Shown here one piece after another: positions 1-12,550 of a DNA stretch of 64,000 bases. This DNA comes from Octopus vulgaris. Lineage: Eukaryota. The stretch spans positions 61,318,001 to 61,382,000 of the forward strand of contig OX597815.1 of assembly GCA_951406725.2 (NCBI GenBank). The letters are read 5' to 3'. A program made the translations under genes and the position numbers. The notes under the pieces are model-generated. The model worked only from the letters and a program-made list of their open reading frames with translations, was not told where the DNA came from and searched no databases. The first letter of the stretch is position 1. Each line of letters starts with the position of its first letter.

Positions 1-147
1 ATAGTTTCATGCAATTCCACTTAATTGAACAATGCAATCATTACATCAATTTAAAATGCAGAGCAATCTGTGCAGCTGAAGATTGCTCTGCTTTTAAATT
101 GATGTAACGATTGCATTGTTCAATTAAGTGGAATTGCATGAAATTAT
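1..147. repeat. Near-perfect inverted repeat (fold-back, ~68 bp arms) overlapping a hammerhead motif
   Basis: 1-69 is the reverse complement of 80-147 with few mismatches; loop gtgcagctga. Confidence 0.9.
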
Positions 148-157
148 CGTACTGCAT
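70..157 (+). ncRNA. Type I hammerhead ribozyme-like motif (long stem II insert)
   Basis: Stem I TGCAG(71-75)/CTGCA(152-156), core CTGAAGA(76-82), GAAA(140-143), GTA triplet (149-151); stem III is degenerate. Confidence 0.6.
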
Positions 158-185
158 TACCTCTTGATATCCTTGTTGCTTATTT

Positions 186-227
<42 letters not shown>

Positions 228-234
228 AAATAAG

Positions 235-698
235 CAACAAGGATATATATATGTATGTATGTTCATACCTACATATATATGTATATATACATGCATATAT
301 GGGTACAGGACATAAAGAAAAACGTATATACAACAAGGATATATGTATGTATGTATGTATGTACATACCTACATATATATGTATATATATACATGCATAT
401 ATGGGTACAGGACATAAAGAAAAACGTAGACTACAATGAGAAACGAAAACATAAAACAAAAATATAAACAGAGAAGCGAGACATGCAACATAAAGAATAT
501 TCCCCTTCTTCAGTTGTCCCTGTTTCATCTACTCCACGTTTGAAGGCAAGGACAATACGCGACTTCGCTGAAACAGTTCTTCCCGCAAATCAAATTAAAT
601 AAAATTTGAGATTTTTTGCGGGGGGTGAAAGTGGTAACAAGAACAGGACAGTGAGAACAAAACAGTAAAAACAAACGGTGAGGGCTGTTAAGCCAAGA

Positions 699-700
<2 letters not shown>
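235..700 (-). mobile_element. Non-coding dispersed repeat embedded in (TA)n (probable PLE-derived element)
   Basis: Colinear with 57010-57210 and, inverted, with 61735-62165 (shared gatgaaac..actgaagaagggga and tgtcctgtac..atatatgc); local ~97 bp tandem duplication at 235-430. Confidence 0.65.
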
Positions 701-746
<46 letters not shown>

Positions 747-749
<3 letters not shown>

Positions 750-902
750 CTTCTTTCAGTTTCCGTCTACCAAATCATCTCACAAGATTTTGGTAAACCC
801 GAGACTATTGTGGGAGACACTTGCTCAAGGCAACACGTACTGGACTGAACCGGAATGTGGGTAGGAAACATACTTCTTAGAACATAGTCACGTCAGCACC
901 TG
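747..902 (-). mobile_element. tRNA-derived SINE, family A (5' part)
   Basis: Reverse complement matches 15922-16090 (ttgagcaagtgtct...ggtagacggaaactgaaagaagc). Confidence 0.8.
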
Positions 903-1125
903 TATGCATATATTTCTATATATAAGCGTTAGACATAATATATTTCGTCGGTCAAAATGGTTACGAAATAAGTAAATACTTATTTTTGAATAAAAATTTA
1001 TTCACTCTCAAACTTATCTTTGAGTTCTTTATTTTAAGTGACAGGACATACATTCTTTAAAATTGTCACTCTGGAATATATAGCTATCTATAGCTGTAAT
1101 AATATCTATATCTATACATATATAA

Positions 1126-1250
<125 letters not shown>

Positions 1251-3522
1251 AATATCTATCTTATTTTATTAAAATGGAAAAAATAATCACAAATTATTTC
1301 TCAGTTTCGGGTAGATAGATGGATATACACAATTATATACATATGTATGCATATTTTTATATATATGCATACACATGTGTCTAATTGCTCTCTCTCTCTC
1401 TCTCTGCACATACACACACATATAGTGTGAATGAGAGAGAGCGAGAGAGAGGGGGAGAGTTATATAGATAGATACAAAAATATATTCATACATACACACA
1501 CACACACTTTAAATTACAGTTAACTAACAATATATTCTCAACCAATATATAGACGTCCACCACAGACGAACATTCAATGAATTTATAGTTGTTGTAGTAG
1601 TAATCTCCTCAGCGAATCTGTCACTTATATCGGTAAGTTGCCAAAGAACTCGCCAACCGAATTACTACACAAACCCATCATAAATATGGCACTAAGTTTT
1701 ATGACTATCGCGGGCGACTGTGTGCACCAATCACGTGACTCACTGATTGCTAGAGAGACAGTGAAAGAAGTCGAGACATAACCACCGTCATTTATGACCC
1801 ATTATAGTCGCCACTTCCAACCAGAAACCAACCCATTTTCAGTTCTTTCTTACCCATTTCCTCTCCCCTCACCCTATACAGATATTACATCTCCCCTAAG
1901 TAGTCATAATTATGGGATCTCGCTGTCCACGCGCTCTCCCTCTCCCTCTCTCCCCTTCTTTTTGTCTCTCTCACTCTCTTTCTCCGATGCAACATTTTTT
2001 CCTCTTTACAGCGTTTATTTTATTGACAATGTTTAAAGGTGAATAAACGTTCATAATTTGACCGGCGGCGTCTGTGATGGTAATGGCGGCGGCAGTAGAG
2101 GCGGCGGCGGTGGTGGTAGAGGTGGTAGCTGTAGTGGTGGCGATGGCAGTGGTAGTGGTTTTTAGTCGTGGTGTCTATGGTTGTAGAGTGGTGGTCGTGG
2201 TGATAGTGGTGATTGTGGTGGTGGTCGTGGTCGTGACTGTGGTTGCGATGTTAATGATGATAGAATGGTGTTGGTGTTAATGGAGTGATGCTGATGGTGA
2301 CTGTGATCATACGGACAGACAGTTAGACATTACAAATACACATGAAGAAATAGGCGCATTCATACAATCAAATACATATTCAAACACATACATAGTGAAA
2401 CACACATATACTCAAATACACATACGTAAACATAGACATAAAAACACATGCATAGATACGCATTCTAACAAACACAGATGCACGCATACAAATTTATCCA
2501 AATATACACAGCACTATGGAACCACTCCAACGCTGGATCCTCTACCTATAGTTTTCATACTCTTTTACGGCAAACAAAATATTTAGATCTAGATTCTAAT
2601 AAAAATCATGTTTCTCTGTCTGTCCACCACATTATTTCAAGTATTTAATGAAACAAAAGAGTTTTTCGAGGATTTGAAAGGCTCACTGTTATAACGTAAT
2701 TTCAATAATTATTGTACAACACTGAAAATTAAAAGAAGATAATATATTTGACTTTTTTTTTCCTTTCCTCTATATTCCGTTTGAACATTTCGATATGTAT
2801 CTATTATAATTTCAAAATTAGTTATATATATCTATTATGATTTCATAATTTAGATAAGAGGCCGATGATTTCTTAAATATTATTTGGTGAAAAAGAATAA
2901 AAGACAGTGAATCAATTTATTTATTGAAATCGTAGTTGCAGCTTAAGGAAAAATAAAGTTTGTCTCTTATTTTTGATTAAAGTTTAATATATACATGCAC
3001 ATCATCGAAAACAAAAAAAGAAAAAAGGAAAAAATAGTGACCGTGAGTATTTCAGTCCCAAACACATCAACAGACTGTACGATGAAAAAAAAAACGATAT
3101 AGATGAAAACACTGGCAGAAGAATGAAAAAGTTAATGAAATTAGTGAGAGGTTTACTAAAATCTTCAGTTAGTAAAACAGTTTCTTTTACTCTAAACCTA
3201 TTCCGATTGTTGAAATATAGTCTCTTCTACAACTTGAAACTGCATATTTTTGAAGTGGGTAAACCATTTTACAAAAACTTTCTGATACTATTACAGTCAA
3301 TCCTGGTGCTTCTAAGATGAAGATATTATTTTAAATTTGTATATTTCTCGCTACATGACAATTTTGACATTAAAAATAAATGGTCCTGAAAACATTCCTG
3401 ACGCGAATAAGAATAATTTACAGAAACTCACCATTTACCACTTTGTTTATGTTACAGAAATATTCCAGACAAAATTATTATCAAATAAAATTCCTTATTA
3501 ACATTCATCTGTCTTACACAAT

Positions 3523-3574
<52 letters not shown>

Positions 3575-3618
3575 AACACACGCACACACACACACACACA
3601 CTCAAATACACATATACG

Positions 3619-3683
<65 letters not shown>

Positions 3684-3724
3684 TATAAAAAGGATACGTT
3701 ATCAACGTTATATATACATATATA

Positions 3725-4160
3725 CAGGGGTTGGACAAAATAATGGAAACACCTTAAAATTTCAAACAAATTTATTTTAATATGGGGTAAGACCGCCTTT
3801 GGCAGTAATTACAGCTTCAATTCTACGAGGTATGGACTCGTACAAAGTTTGAAATTTTTCCAAAGGAATTTTTGTCCATTCTTCAGCTAAAACAGTCTCC
3901 AGTTCTTGTAGCGATAATGGTGGAGGATATCGACTCCTTTCATGTTTTCTAAAATGCACCATAAATGTTCAATAATATTGAAATCTGGGAACTGTGGCGG
4001 CCAGATAAGATATTCAACTTCACTAGAATGTTCCTCGTGCCATTCAGTAACAACTTTCGCTGTGTGAATTGGTGCATTATCATCCTGAAAGATTGTGTCT
4101 CCCCCCCCCCCCCCGGAAACAGTTCAGCAACCATAGGATAAATTTGATCAGATAAAAGTG
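3725..4160 (-). mobile_element. Tc1-family DNA transposon, 3' fragment with TIR (frameshifted transposase)
   Basis: Minus strand reads FQDDNAPIHTAKVVTEWHEEHSSEVEYLIWPPQFPDFNIIEHLW...YESIPRRIEAVITAKGGLTPY*; terminus TA|CAGGGGTTGGACAAAATAATGGAAAC. Confidence 0.9.
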
Positions 4161-4195
4161 GGAGACAAAGACAGTCACAAGGACACACACACATA

Positions 4196-4381
4196 CCTAT
4201 TTTAACGTGTATAAGGAACCCTCGTGTATAAGGAGCCCCCTTTTTTGTGTGTTATGGGGGACTTAAAATTTGGAAAAAAGGTTTTGTAAGGGATTATAAT
4301 ACTATCTATGTATAAGAAATTTCCATATTTTTAACCTAATTTTTTAACACAAGAACGGTTCCTCACACACGTTAAAATACA

Positions 4382-4382
<1 letters not shown>
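4196..4382. mobile_element. Tc2/pogo-like MITE
   Basis: Imperfect TIRs cctattttaacgtgtataaggaacc / ggttcctcacacacgttaaaatacag. Confidence 0.7.
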
Positions 4383-4430
<48 letters not shown>

Positions 4431-4435
<5 letters not shown>

Positions 4436-4637
4436 AGAGGGCATTATTACACATAAATGCCTCACACTAAGAGGGACAAAGTCATTACTACCAAAATTAT
4501 ACTAATCATACCTAAATGCAGTTTTTCAAAGCAAGACATTTAAAAAATGAATTTAGGTATGATTAGTATAATTTTGGTAGTAATGACTTTGTCCCTCTTA
4601 GTGTGAGGCATTTATGTGTAATAATGCCCTCTATACA
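4431..4637. repeat. Perfect inverted repeat, 87 bp arms, next to (TA)n
   Basis: 4431-4517 equals the reverse complement of 4551-4637. Confidence 0.95.
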
Positions 4638-4770
4638 ATATAGATATAATTAATTTGTTCAAAAGAAAAAAATTATTTTCGAATTCTTTTCTTTTATGAG
4701 GTTTTCACGCTAACTACCCGATAATTTCTTGTTAAGATCCCTTATTAAGAGATTATCCTTAATTGTTAAA

Positions 4771-4839
<69 letters not shown>

Positions 4840-4841
<2 letters not shown>

Positions 4842-5290
4842 TTTACAGATATAGGGTAAAAAAATTATTAATTTAATAAAATTAACAAATTTTACCAAGT
4901 AGTTTTCGGTATGGAAAAGAACCATATTCGGTAAAAACTTATACAAAAAGTTTCTTTTATATATAATTATAACAATAATTAAGGCTTTAGCAACAAGGTG
5001 CTTAACCGAAAATTTTAGAAATAGCACCTAAAAGACTGCTATTTCCTTTTTCTACAAAAATCTATCTCCACAGATAGCAATATTTGTAACTCACATAGGC
5101 AAAAAGAAGAAAAATAATGAAATCAAACAGTCTTCGATTAATTATGGACGCGTTTCTGGATAAGAATTATAAAAATTCATTTCCGTTATCAACATAATAT
5201 TTCGAGAATTATAAATCTGAAAATGCTAGGAAAACTTACCCCTTGTATTTCTGACCAAGCGCCATCAGAACATATAAAAGCTAATCAGCA
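4840..5290 (-). mobile_element. (TA)n-embedded repeat related to 8645-8990 and 46080-46280
   Basis: Shared agggtaaa..aatta, gaccat/accat and tagaaatagca motifs; weak HHR-like remnant (GAAACGCGTC on minus strand at 5146-5155). Confidence 0.5.
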
Positions 5291-5484
5291 TATTCACATT
5301 TATATAGACGAGTGAATTCGTATTTCCCTCCAAGTTTACCATGTGCGTCACAAGATAGTACTGCAGAAAAAGATCTGCAGGTTTGAATGTCCCTTCCTTG
5401 TTTTTCCCTGTCCATTTTTGTATCACCTACTGTCCGAATGTTTTGTTGTCGCCTGTTACATTCTTGTTCCATTTTTGTGTGTTG

Positions 5485-5522
<38 letters not shown>

Positions 5523-5525
<3 letters not shown>

Positions 5526-5686
5526 CGGGCTTCTTTCTATTTCGGTCTACCGAATCCACTCACTCTGGTCAGCATGGAGCTATAGTACACGACACGACAG
5601 TCCCAAGGTGGCACACAGTGGGACTGAACACCGAACCATGTGGTTAGGAAGCAAACTTCTTCACCAAATACCCACGCCTGCCTCTA
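5523..5686 (-). mobile_element. tRNA-derived SINE, family A (5' part)
   Basis: Homologous to 15922-16090. Confidence 0.75.
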
Positions 5687-5772
5687 TAAGCACCTATGTA
5701 TCTACATACATTCTCATCTCTCCCTGTTTCTTCCTTTCTTTCTTTCTTTCTTTCTCTCTCTCTTTATATATG

Positions 5773-5852
<80 letters not shown>

Positions 5853-5886
5853 ATGTATATATGTATATATATAAATATATATATGT

Positions 5887-5938
<52 letters not shown>

Positions 5939-6391
5939 TATACTCACATGCACACATATTTACGTATACATATACACATACACAGATATATACCTGTATA
6001 TATACATGTGTGTGCGTTTATATATATATATATATACATACATATATATATATATATATGTATGTATATATATGTATATATATGTATATGTAAATATATA
6101 TATATATAGAGAGAGAGAGATAGATAGATAGATATAGATATAAATATAGATATAGATATAGATATAGTTATATGTATGTATGTATGTATGAATGTATGTG
6201 TACAGATATTATATATGTATATATATATATGTATATAATTTTGTGTATGTCTGTAAACGCGTATGTCAGTATATGTAATTATTAAAGTTTATCTTTCCAA
6301 ATCATATTCTAATTTGGTTTTAGTGTATATTTTTTCAGGATTAAATAAAAAACAAACAAACGGAAAACATGACATATACATGCATATATAT

Positions 6392-6454
<63 letters not shown>

Positions 6455-6479
6455 TTATGTATGTATATATATATGTATA

Positions 6480-6524
<45 letters not shown>

Positions 6525-6886
6525 ATATATAGACATATAATATATCTATGGGCGTATATACACATGTATATGCCTGTATATACACATATTTATGTGTATG
6601 TACGTGCGTGTGTGTATGCATATGTGTCTGTGCGCCTGTGTGTAATTTAAGTTTCAGGTCAACTAGATCGAAGAAGTGGAAATGCCTGATGTCGTCTGAT
6701 CGATACACAAGTTCGATAGAATCAATATATCAATAAATCAATTTCTCGATATATCGTTATATTGATATATCGATTGGTAACGCATAAAACGTTTCGATTA
6801 CTTCAATTTTTTCACAGCATTAAAAAAAGAAAACAATTGGTTATGTGGGAGGACATATATATAGTTATATGTGTATATATATATGC

Positions 6887-6936
<50 letters not shown>

Positions 6937-6941
6937 GTATG

Positions 6942-7009
<68 letters not shown>

Positions 7010-7926
7010 CACACATATATACTATCTATATGCATATATATACTTGTGCGCATGTGTATAAAAATGCATGCACAATATGTATGTGCATATACGCGTATAT
7101 GTACATCTGCATGCATATATATACATATATGCATATATATAAATATATATATGTATATATATATATATACGTAGCTTATATATGTATATATATATACATA
7201 TGTGCGTATATGTGTGAAGCTTCTGAGCAGACGTTATAGCAGAATTACATAATCGCACGATTACATACACAGGAACGTAGACACAATGACTTATACACAT
7301 ACACGCACACACACACACAGACGTGCTCATACACACACACACATGTATATGACACACCGCCTGTTATTGATTCTATAATCGATCTCATTGTCTTTCTGTA
7401 AACACACGCGCAACCTTCCTTCCTCCAAACTACACATCCCGACCAAAACTATCACAAAAGTTCCTACCACCACCACCGCCACCACCACATTAAACACCAT
7501 CACCGCTAGGGCCACTACCAACACCAACACAAACTGTTCTCTTTCTCTCTCTTTCTCATTCACACACTTCTTGATAATGACATAATTCTGCGTGTCTATA
7601 TATTTACATACGTACATACATATATGCAGACAGATAAGCATATCGCATGTAAGCATGTGTGTATGTATGTATGTATGTAGGTAGGTAGGTATGTAGGTAG
7701 GTATGTATATATGTATGTATGTATGTATGCATGCATGTATGTATGAATGTAAATATACAGAGGTAAATAGATAAATAGATAGAGAGGGGGAGAAAGAGAG
7801 GGAGAGAAAGATATTGATAGGTATATACACAGGTAAATAAGTAGGGCTGCATGTATATATATATATATATATATTGTTATATTTCGGAATGGTCATATTG
7901 CCAGTTTAGCCAACAAATATTTAAAC

Positions 7927-8028
<102 letters not shown>

Positions 8029-8079
8029 TACATACATATATACAGATAGATATATACCTTGTGTATATGTGTATATATA

Positions 8080-8116
<37 letters not shown>

Positions 8117-8288
8117 TAGTTTGATTTGAAAACTCCACTAGAATGGGAGAAAGCGCTAATACATGATCTAAGTTATATGATATATATAAAAAATTTAATA
8201 TACAAATAAATACCTGTAAATATAAACCATCCGATTTTCTGAGTACCTCATTTCTTCTAATATATAATACCTGTACACCATCTCCAAA

Positions 8289-8330
<42 letters not shown>

Positions 8331-8358
8331 GTATATATATATGTGAGTATATATATAC

Positions 8359-8394
<36 letters not shown>

Positions 8395-8402
<8 letters not shown>

Positions 8403-8582
8403 ACTTTACTAATAATGCTGCAAAGACACAAAGGCATCGAAAAAGCGGTTACTCAGAGTTGCACGTTCACGTTCATCGGACAGCTTTGGTTTATAGTCAA
8501 ACAAAACTGTCCGACGAACGGGAACGTGAAATTCTGAGTACCAATCTTTATATTTTGCAGCTTTATTAATAAAGTATACACA
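8395..8582. mobile_element. Imperfect inverted pair of hammerhead-bearing termini
   Basis: Plus: ctgt CCGACGA acg-ggaa-cgt GAAA ttctgag TA (8507-8540); minus: ctgt CCGATGA acg-tgaa-cgt gcaa ctctgag TA; same family as 60879-60960. Confidence 0.7.
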
Positions 8583-8595
8583 CACACGCACACAT

Positions 8596-8650
<55 letters not shown>

Positions 8651-8938
8651 CAACAATTGAGGGTAAAATTAATTAATTAATTATTAATCAATTTCACCAA
8701 GTGTTCAGTATGTAAAGGGACCATTTAAGGCGAATTCAAATTATTACATTATATAAAAGGGCTTAGTAAAATAAATTACTTTGCCGCATACTGAACTCAT
8801 TAGAAATAGCAGCTAAAAAACTTTTTTAAAGCTATTTCTAATACTTAAAGAAAATCTCTCTCATATATAGTGTTTGCTTAATTTAACTCACAAAAGTTTG
8901 GGGGTAAGGACATCAAAAAATCGAATGCTAAGGTTATT

Positions 8939-8990
8939 TGAGAACGTACGTTTCAAGATTAGTCAAAACAACATTTCTATCATCAGCTCA
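8939..8990 (-). ncRNA. Type I hammerhead ribozyme-like motif
   Basis: tgag CTGATGA taga...tctt GAAA cgtacg TT ctca; palindromic stem III ACGTACGT. Confidence 0.7.
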
Positions 8991-9813
8991 GTAACGATGC
9001 TAAAGCACGCAGAGTAAAGACCATGCGCACTAAATTTTAACGTTCTAGCTCACTTCCACTGTTTACACCACTACTTGGAAGGAAGGTGTGTAGCATATGA
9101 TCATCGCGTTGATCACGACAAAGAAAATTGTCATGGGGATACCTGCTCAGAGACTTACGCAAATTTGCAGAAAGTGTATGGAGAGGAGTGTATGAGTCAC
9201 ATACAAGTGTACGAGTGGTTCGGACGTTTCCAATATGGCCGAAAAATGTCGATATTGACGAGCGTTTTGTGAAACCCGGAACCAGCAGAACTGAGAAAAA
9301 CATCGCAGATGTGCGAGCAGCTGTGAGGGGAAATCATCGAATCACCATCCGTGAGTTGTCAGAGGATATGCAGATTAGTTATAGTCCAGTTCATTCCATT
9401 ATCACTGAAGATTTGGGTATGAGCCGTGTGTCTGCCATGTTTGTGCCAAAACTGCTTTCAGCTGACCAAAAAGACACTCGGGTTTCAGTTGCACAAAATC
9501 TCCTTGATTGTGTTGAGAACGATGAAAATCCGTTTGAAAAATTTGCGTAGGCCCCTGAGCAGGTAACACCTGGCTTTTGACAAAATTTGATGCAGATTCT
9601 CTGCTCGACTTTCACTGTCATGATCAATGCGACGATCACACTACGCATGTTACTTCGAAGCGCTGCTGTAAACAGCGGAAGTGAGCTAGAATGTTAAAAT
9701 TTAGTGGGTATGCACAGTAGAGTTCAAGAAAAATCTGTGCCAAGCGGTTTTACTCAATCTGCTCTAGCTTCGTTACTATGGTAACAGTCCGGATACTTAT
9801 TGATCAGCCTTCG

Positions 9814-9817
<4 letters not shown>
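8991..9817. mobile_element. Mariner-derived element made of two inverted 5' ends (HTH region only)
   Basis: Plus: ETYANLQKVYGEECMSHIQVYEWFGRF...RITIRELSEDMQIS...FVPKLLS; minus: EQRICIKFCQK...; mariner-like TIR ggctgatcaataagtatccggac at the right end; 8991-9170 mirrors ~9540-9780. Confidence 0.85.
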
Positions 9818-9864
<47 letters not shown>

Positions 9865-9907
9865 CATATGACTGTCGCGGCAAGACTGAGTCGAGTAAAA
9901 GAATAAA

Positions 9908-9968
<61 letters not shown>

Positions 9969-10638
9969 GATAGATAGACAGATGGATAAATGGATAGATA
10001 GATGCATGTATGTCAGTGTGTGTATAGCAAAATGTAAATTCATATTCTTATGTATGAATATCAATATGAACATAAATACTAGAGAGAGCGGGGAGGGAAG
10101 GAGAGAGAAAACAGATGGTGGGAAACGTAAAAATTAAAGCAAGTTTTTCTAGTTTGAGATCAGGTAATTATTTTAATGACGGCCATTATGAAAAGAGCTG
10201 AACGGTTAATATGCAGACGTTGTTGGAAAGGAGTGTTATGTGAGCGGGAACGGATGATAAACGGTTGTTGGTATAGGAAAGTAACAGATCTGTTACACAC
10301 CTCAATACTCTACACTTCATATTTCTTCATCACACCTTTCTATCAATTAAACAATACCGCCACTGTAGGACTTTTATCAGACTGGTACAAAACAGGATAG
10401 AAACGATAGACTTGGTTTTATTTGTTTTATTCAACATACATAGGACCAGACATGTCTAGGATCAATGACGTACCAGCCATGACCATTTTGTCACTATTTC
10501 CTCAAAGTGTATCAAATATTACATTAGCTGATGTGGTCATTTTGTTTTCTTCTAGAAGATAACGTGTGATTTGCGAAAAATTTGGTTACTATTTCTAGCA
10601 ACCCTATTAGGTGTGTAGATTGGTGGGTTACTTTAGAT

Positions 10639-10976
10639 CAGTGATTTTCAACTTGGGTTCATATGGCTTCTGAGAGCCCATGTAAGATTTTGGGGGGTTC
10701 ACGCAACAAAATAGTAAATTAGGGATCCACAGTGGTATTTTAAGGGCTCCTGACAAAATTTTGCTTTAGATATATCTATTGGTATGTATTGCAAGACACA
10801 GGTTTCTCTAATATTTTACATAGTTCAACCTATACAAGTTTATGTGTGGAAAGCAAAATAGGAATTTAGAAAGTAGTTTCTATAATTAGAATTTAAACAT
10901 TGGATGACTCTGGGGACCCACCAGAAGAAAATAGAAATCGAAGGAGTCCATAGGTAAAAATGAATGAGAACTCCTG
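10639..10976. mobile_element. hAT (Charlie-like) MITE with 8-bp TSD
   Basis: Ends CAGTGATTTTCA / TGAGAACTCCTG; TSD CTTTAGAT at 10631-10638 and 10977-10984; related fragment ~50570-50760. Confidence 0.85.
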
Positions 10977-11011
10977 CTTTAGATGCCCATATATTAATAT
11001 GGAAGTGATGG

Positions 11012-11432
11012 AAAGCGAAATGCTGGCAAAAACGTTAGCACGCCGGGCGAAATGCTTAGCGGTATTTCGTCTGTCTTTACGTTCTGAGTTCAAATTCCGC
11101 CGAGGTAAACTTTGCCTTTCATCCTTTCAGGGTCGATAAATTAAGTACCAGCTACTCACTGGGGTCGATGTAATCGACTTAATCCCTTTGTCTGTCATTG
11201 TTTGTCCCCTCCATGTTTAGCCCCATGGGGGCAATAAAGAAATAAGAAACTTTAGCACGCCGGGCGATATGCTTAGCGGTATTTCGTCTATCTTTACGTT
11301 CTGAGTTCAACTTTGCCTTTCATCCTTTCGGGGTCGATAAATTAAGTACCAGTTGCGTACTGGAATCGATCTAATTGACTGGCCCACTCACCCCCTCAAA
11401 AATTCGGGCCTTGTTCCTAGAGTAGAAAAGTA
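11012..11432 (+). mobile_element. Two tandem tRNA-derived SINEs, family B
   Basis: gctggcaaaaacgttagcacgccgggcgaaatgcttagcgg...gagttcaaattcc (B box)...gcctttcatcctttc(a/g)gggtcgataaattaagtaccag occurs twice. Confidence 0.85.
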
Positions 11433-11642
11433 TATGGAAATCATGGGAGGTGGGGACGCAGTCGTGAAAGTAGATGATGATGATGATGAATGTGATGGTA
11501 GTGGTGGTGGTGGTGGTGGTGATGCTGATGCTGGTTTAGTAATAGTGGTTCGAGCAATAACGATAGGTGGTGGCGGCGGCGATGGTGATGGTGGTCATGT
11601 TATAGTAATTGCTATTATTGTTGTTAGTGGTAGTAGTGGACC

Positions 11643-11918
11643 ACGGGCATATGGCGTAGTAGTTAAGAGAGCGGGCTACTAGCCCCAAGACTCCGAGTTC
11701 GATTCCAGGCAGTCACCTGAATGATGATAATAATAATAGTTTTTTTTTTTTTTTTTTAATTTATGTATTAGACATTCACTAGTACAACACAAAAAAACCC
11801 CAAATATATGGCACACTAGGCATAACAACAACGTGAACTTCCAACCTGTTGTCTCTTGAGGTCTTTCGGTGAGACTTGGAGCCAACTTGTACAGACATAA
11901 AGCAAAAGTCAAACATAG

Positions 11919-11950
<32 letters not shown>

Positions 11951-12145
11951 CAACAACAACAACATCGAAAAATATCTTAGGAGTGAGAATCCAGGTTCGA
12001 AATTTCCCCAAGACACCTGATGAAGGCTGGAGGATATATCAGCCGAAACATTGTGTTAACAACAAACAAGATGAGGACAAATATCTGTCAAATGTAAATA
12101 ATGTAAATACTGTGCATAATTCCTCATCTCTTAAATATAGAACTG
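11643..12145 (+). mobile_element. tRNA-headed SINE-like element with 3' hammerhead, interrupted by an insertion (~11738-11918)
   Basis: A-box-like TGGCGTAGTAG, B box GTTCGATTC, (AAT)n linker on both sides of the insert, then HHR at 12012-12057. Confidence 0.6.
12012..12057 (+). ncRNA. Minimal type I hammerhead ribozyme motif
   Basis: gacac CTGATGA a ggctg-loop-cagcc GAAA ca TT gtgtt; stem III probably AACGTT before CpG decay. Confidence 0.8.
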
Positions 12146-12204
12146 TAATAGCTGTTTCAACGGTTTTATATCAGGAATCTTGCAAGCCCAAATTCATAAA
12201 CGTA

Positions 12205-12550
12205 TTCTTTTATTCTTTTACTTATTTCAGTCGTTTGACTGCAGCCATGCTGGAGCACTGCCTTGAAGTTTTTTAGTCGAACAAATTGACTCCAGGACTT
12301 ATTTTTTAAGCCTAGTACTATCGGTCTCTTTTGCCGGAGACGTAAACACACCCACACCGGTTGTCAAGCGGTGATGGGGAACAAACACAGGCACAAAGAC
12401 ATACACATAGATATACACATAAAACGGGCTTTTTTCAGTTCCCGTCTACCAAATCCACTCACAAGGCTTTGGTCGGGCCGAGGCTACGCTTGCCCAAAGT
12501 GCCAGAGAGAGGCACTAAACCTTGAACCATGTAGATGGTAAGCAAGCTTC
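12205..12550 (-). mobile_element. tRNA-derived SINE, family A
   Basis: Homologous to 15922-16290 including the gtgctccagcatgg..cagtcaaa.gactgaaa tail. Confidence 0.85.
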
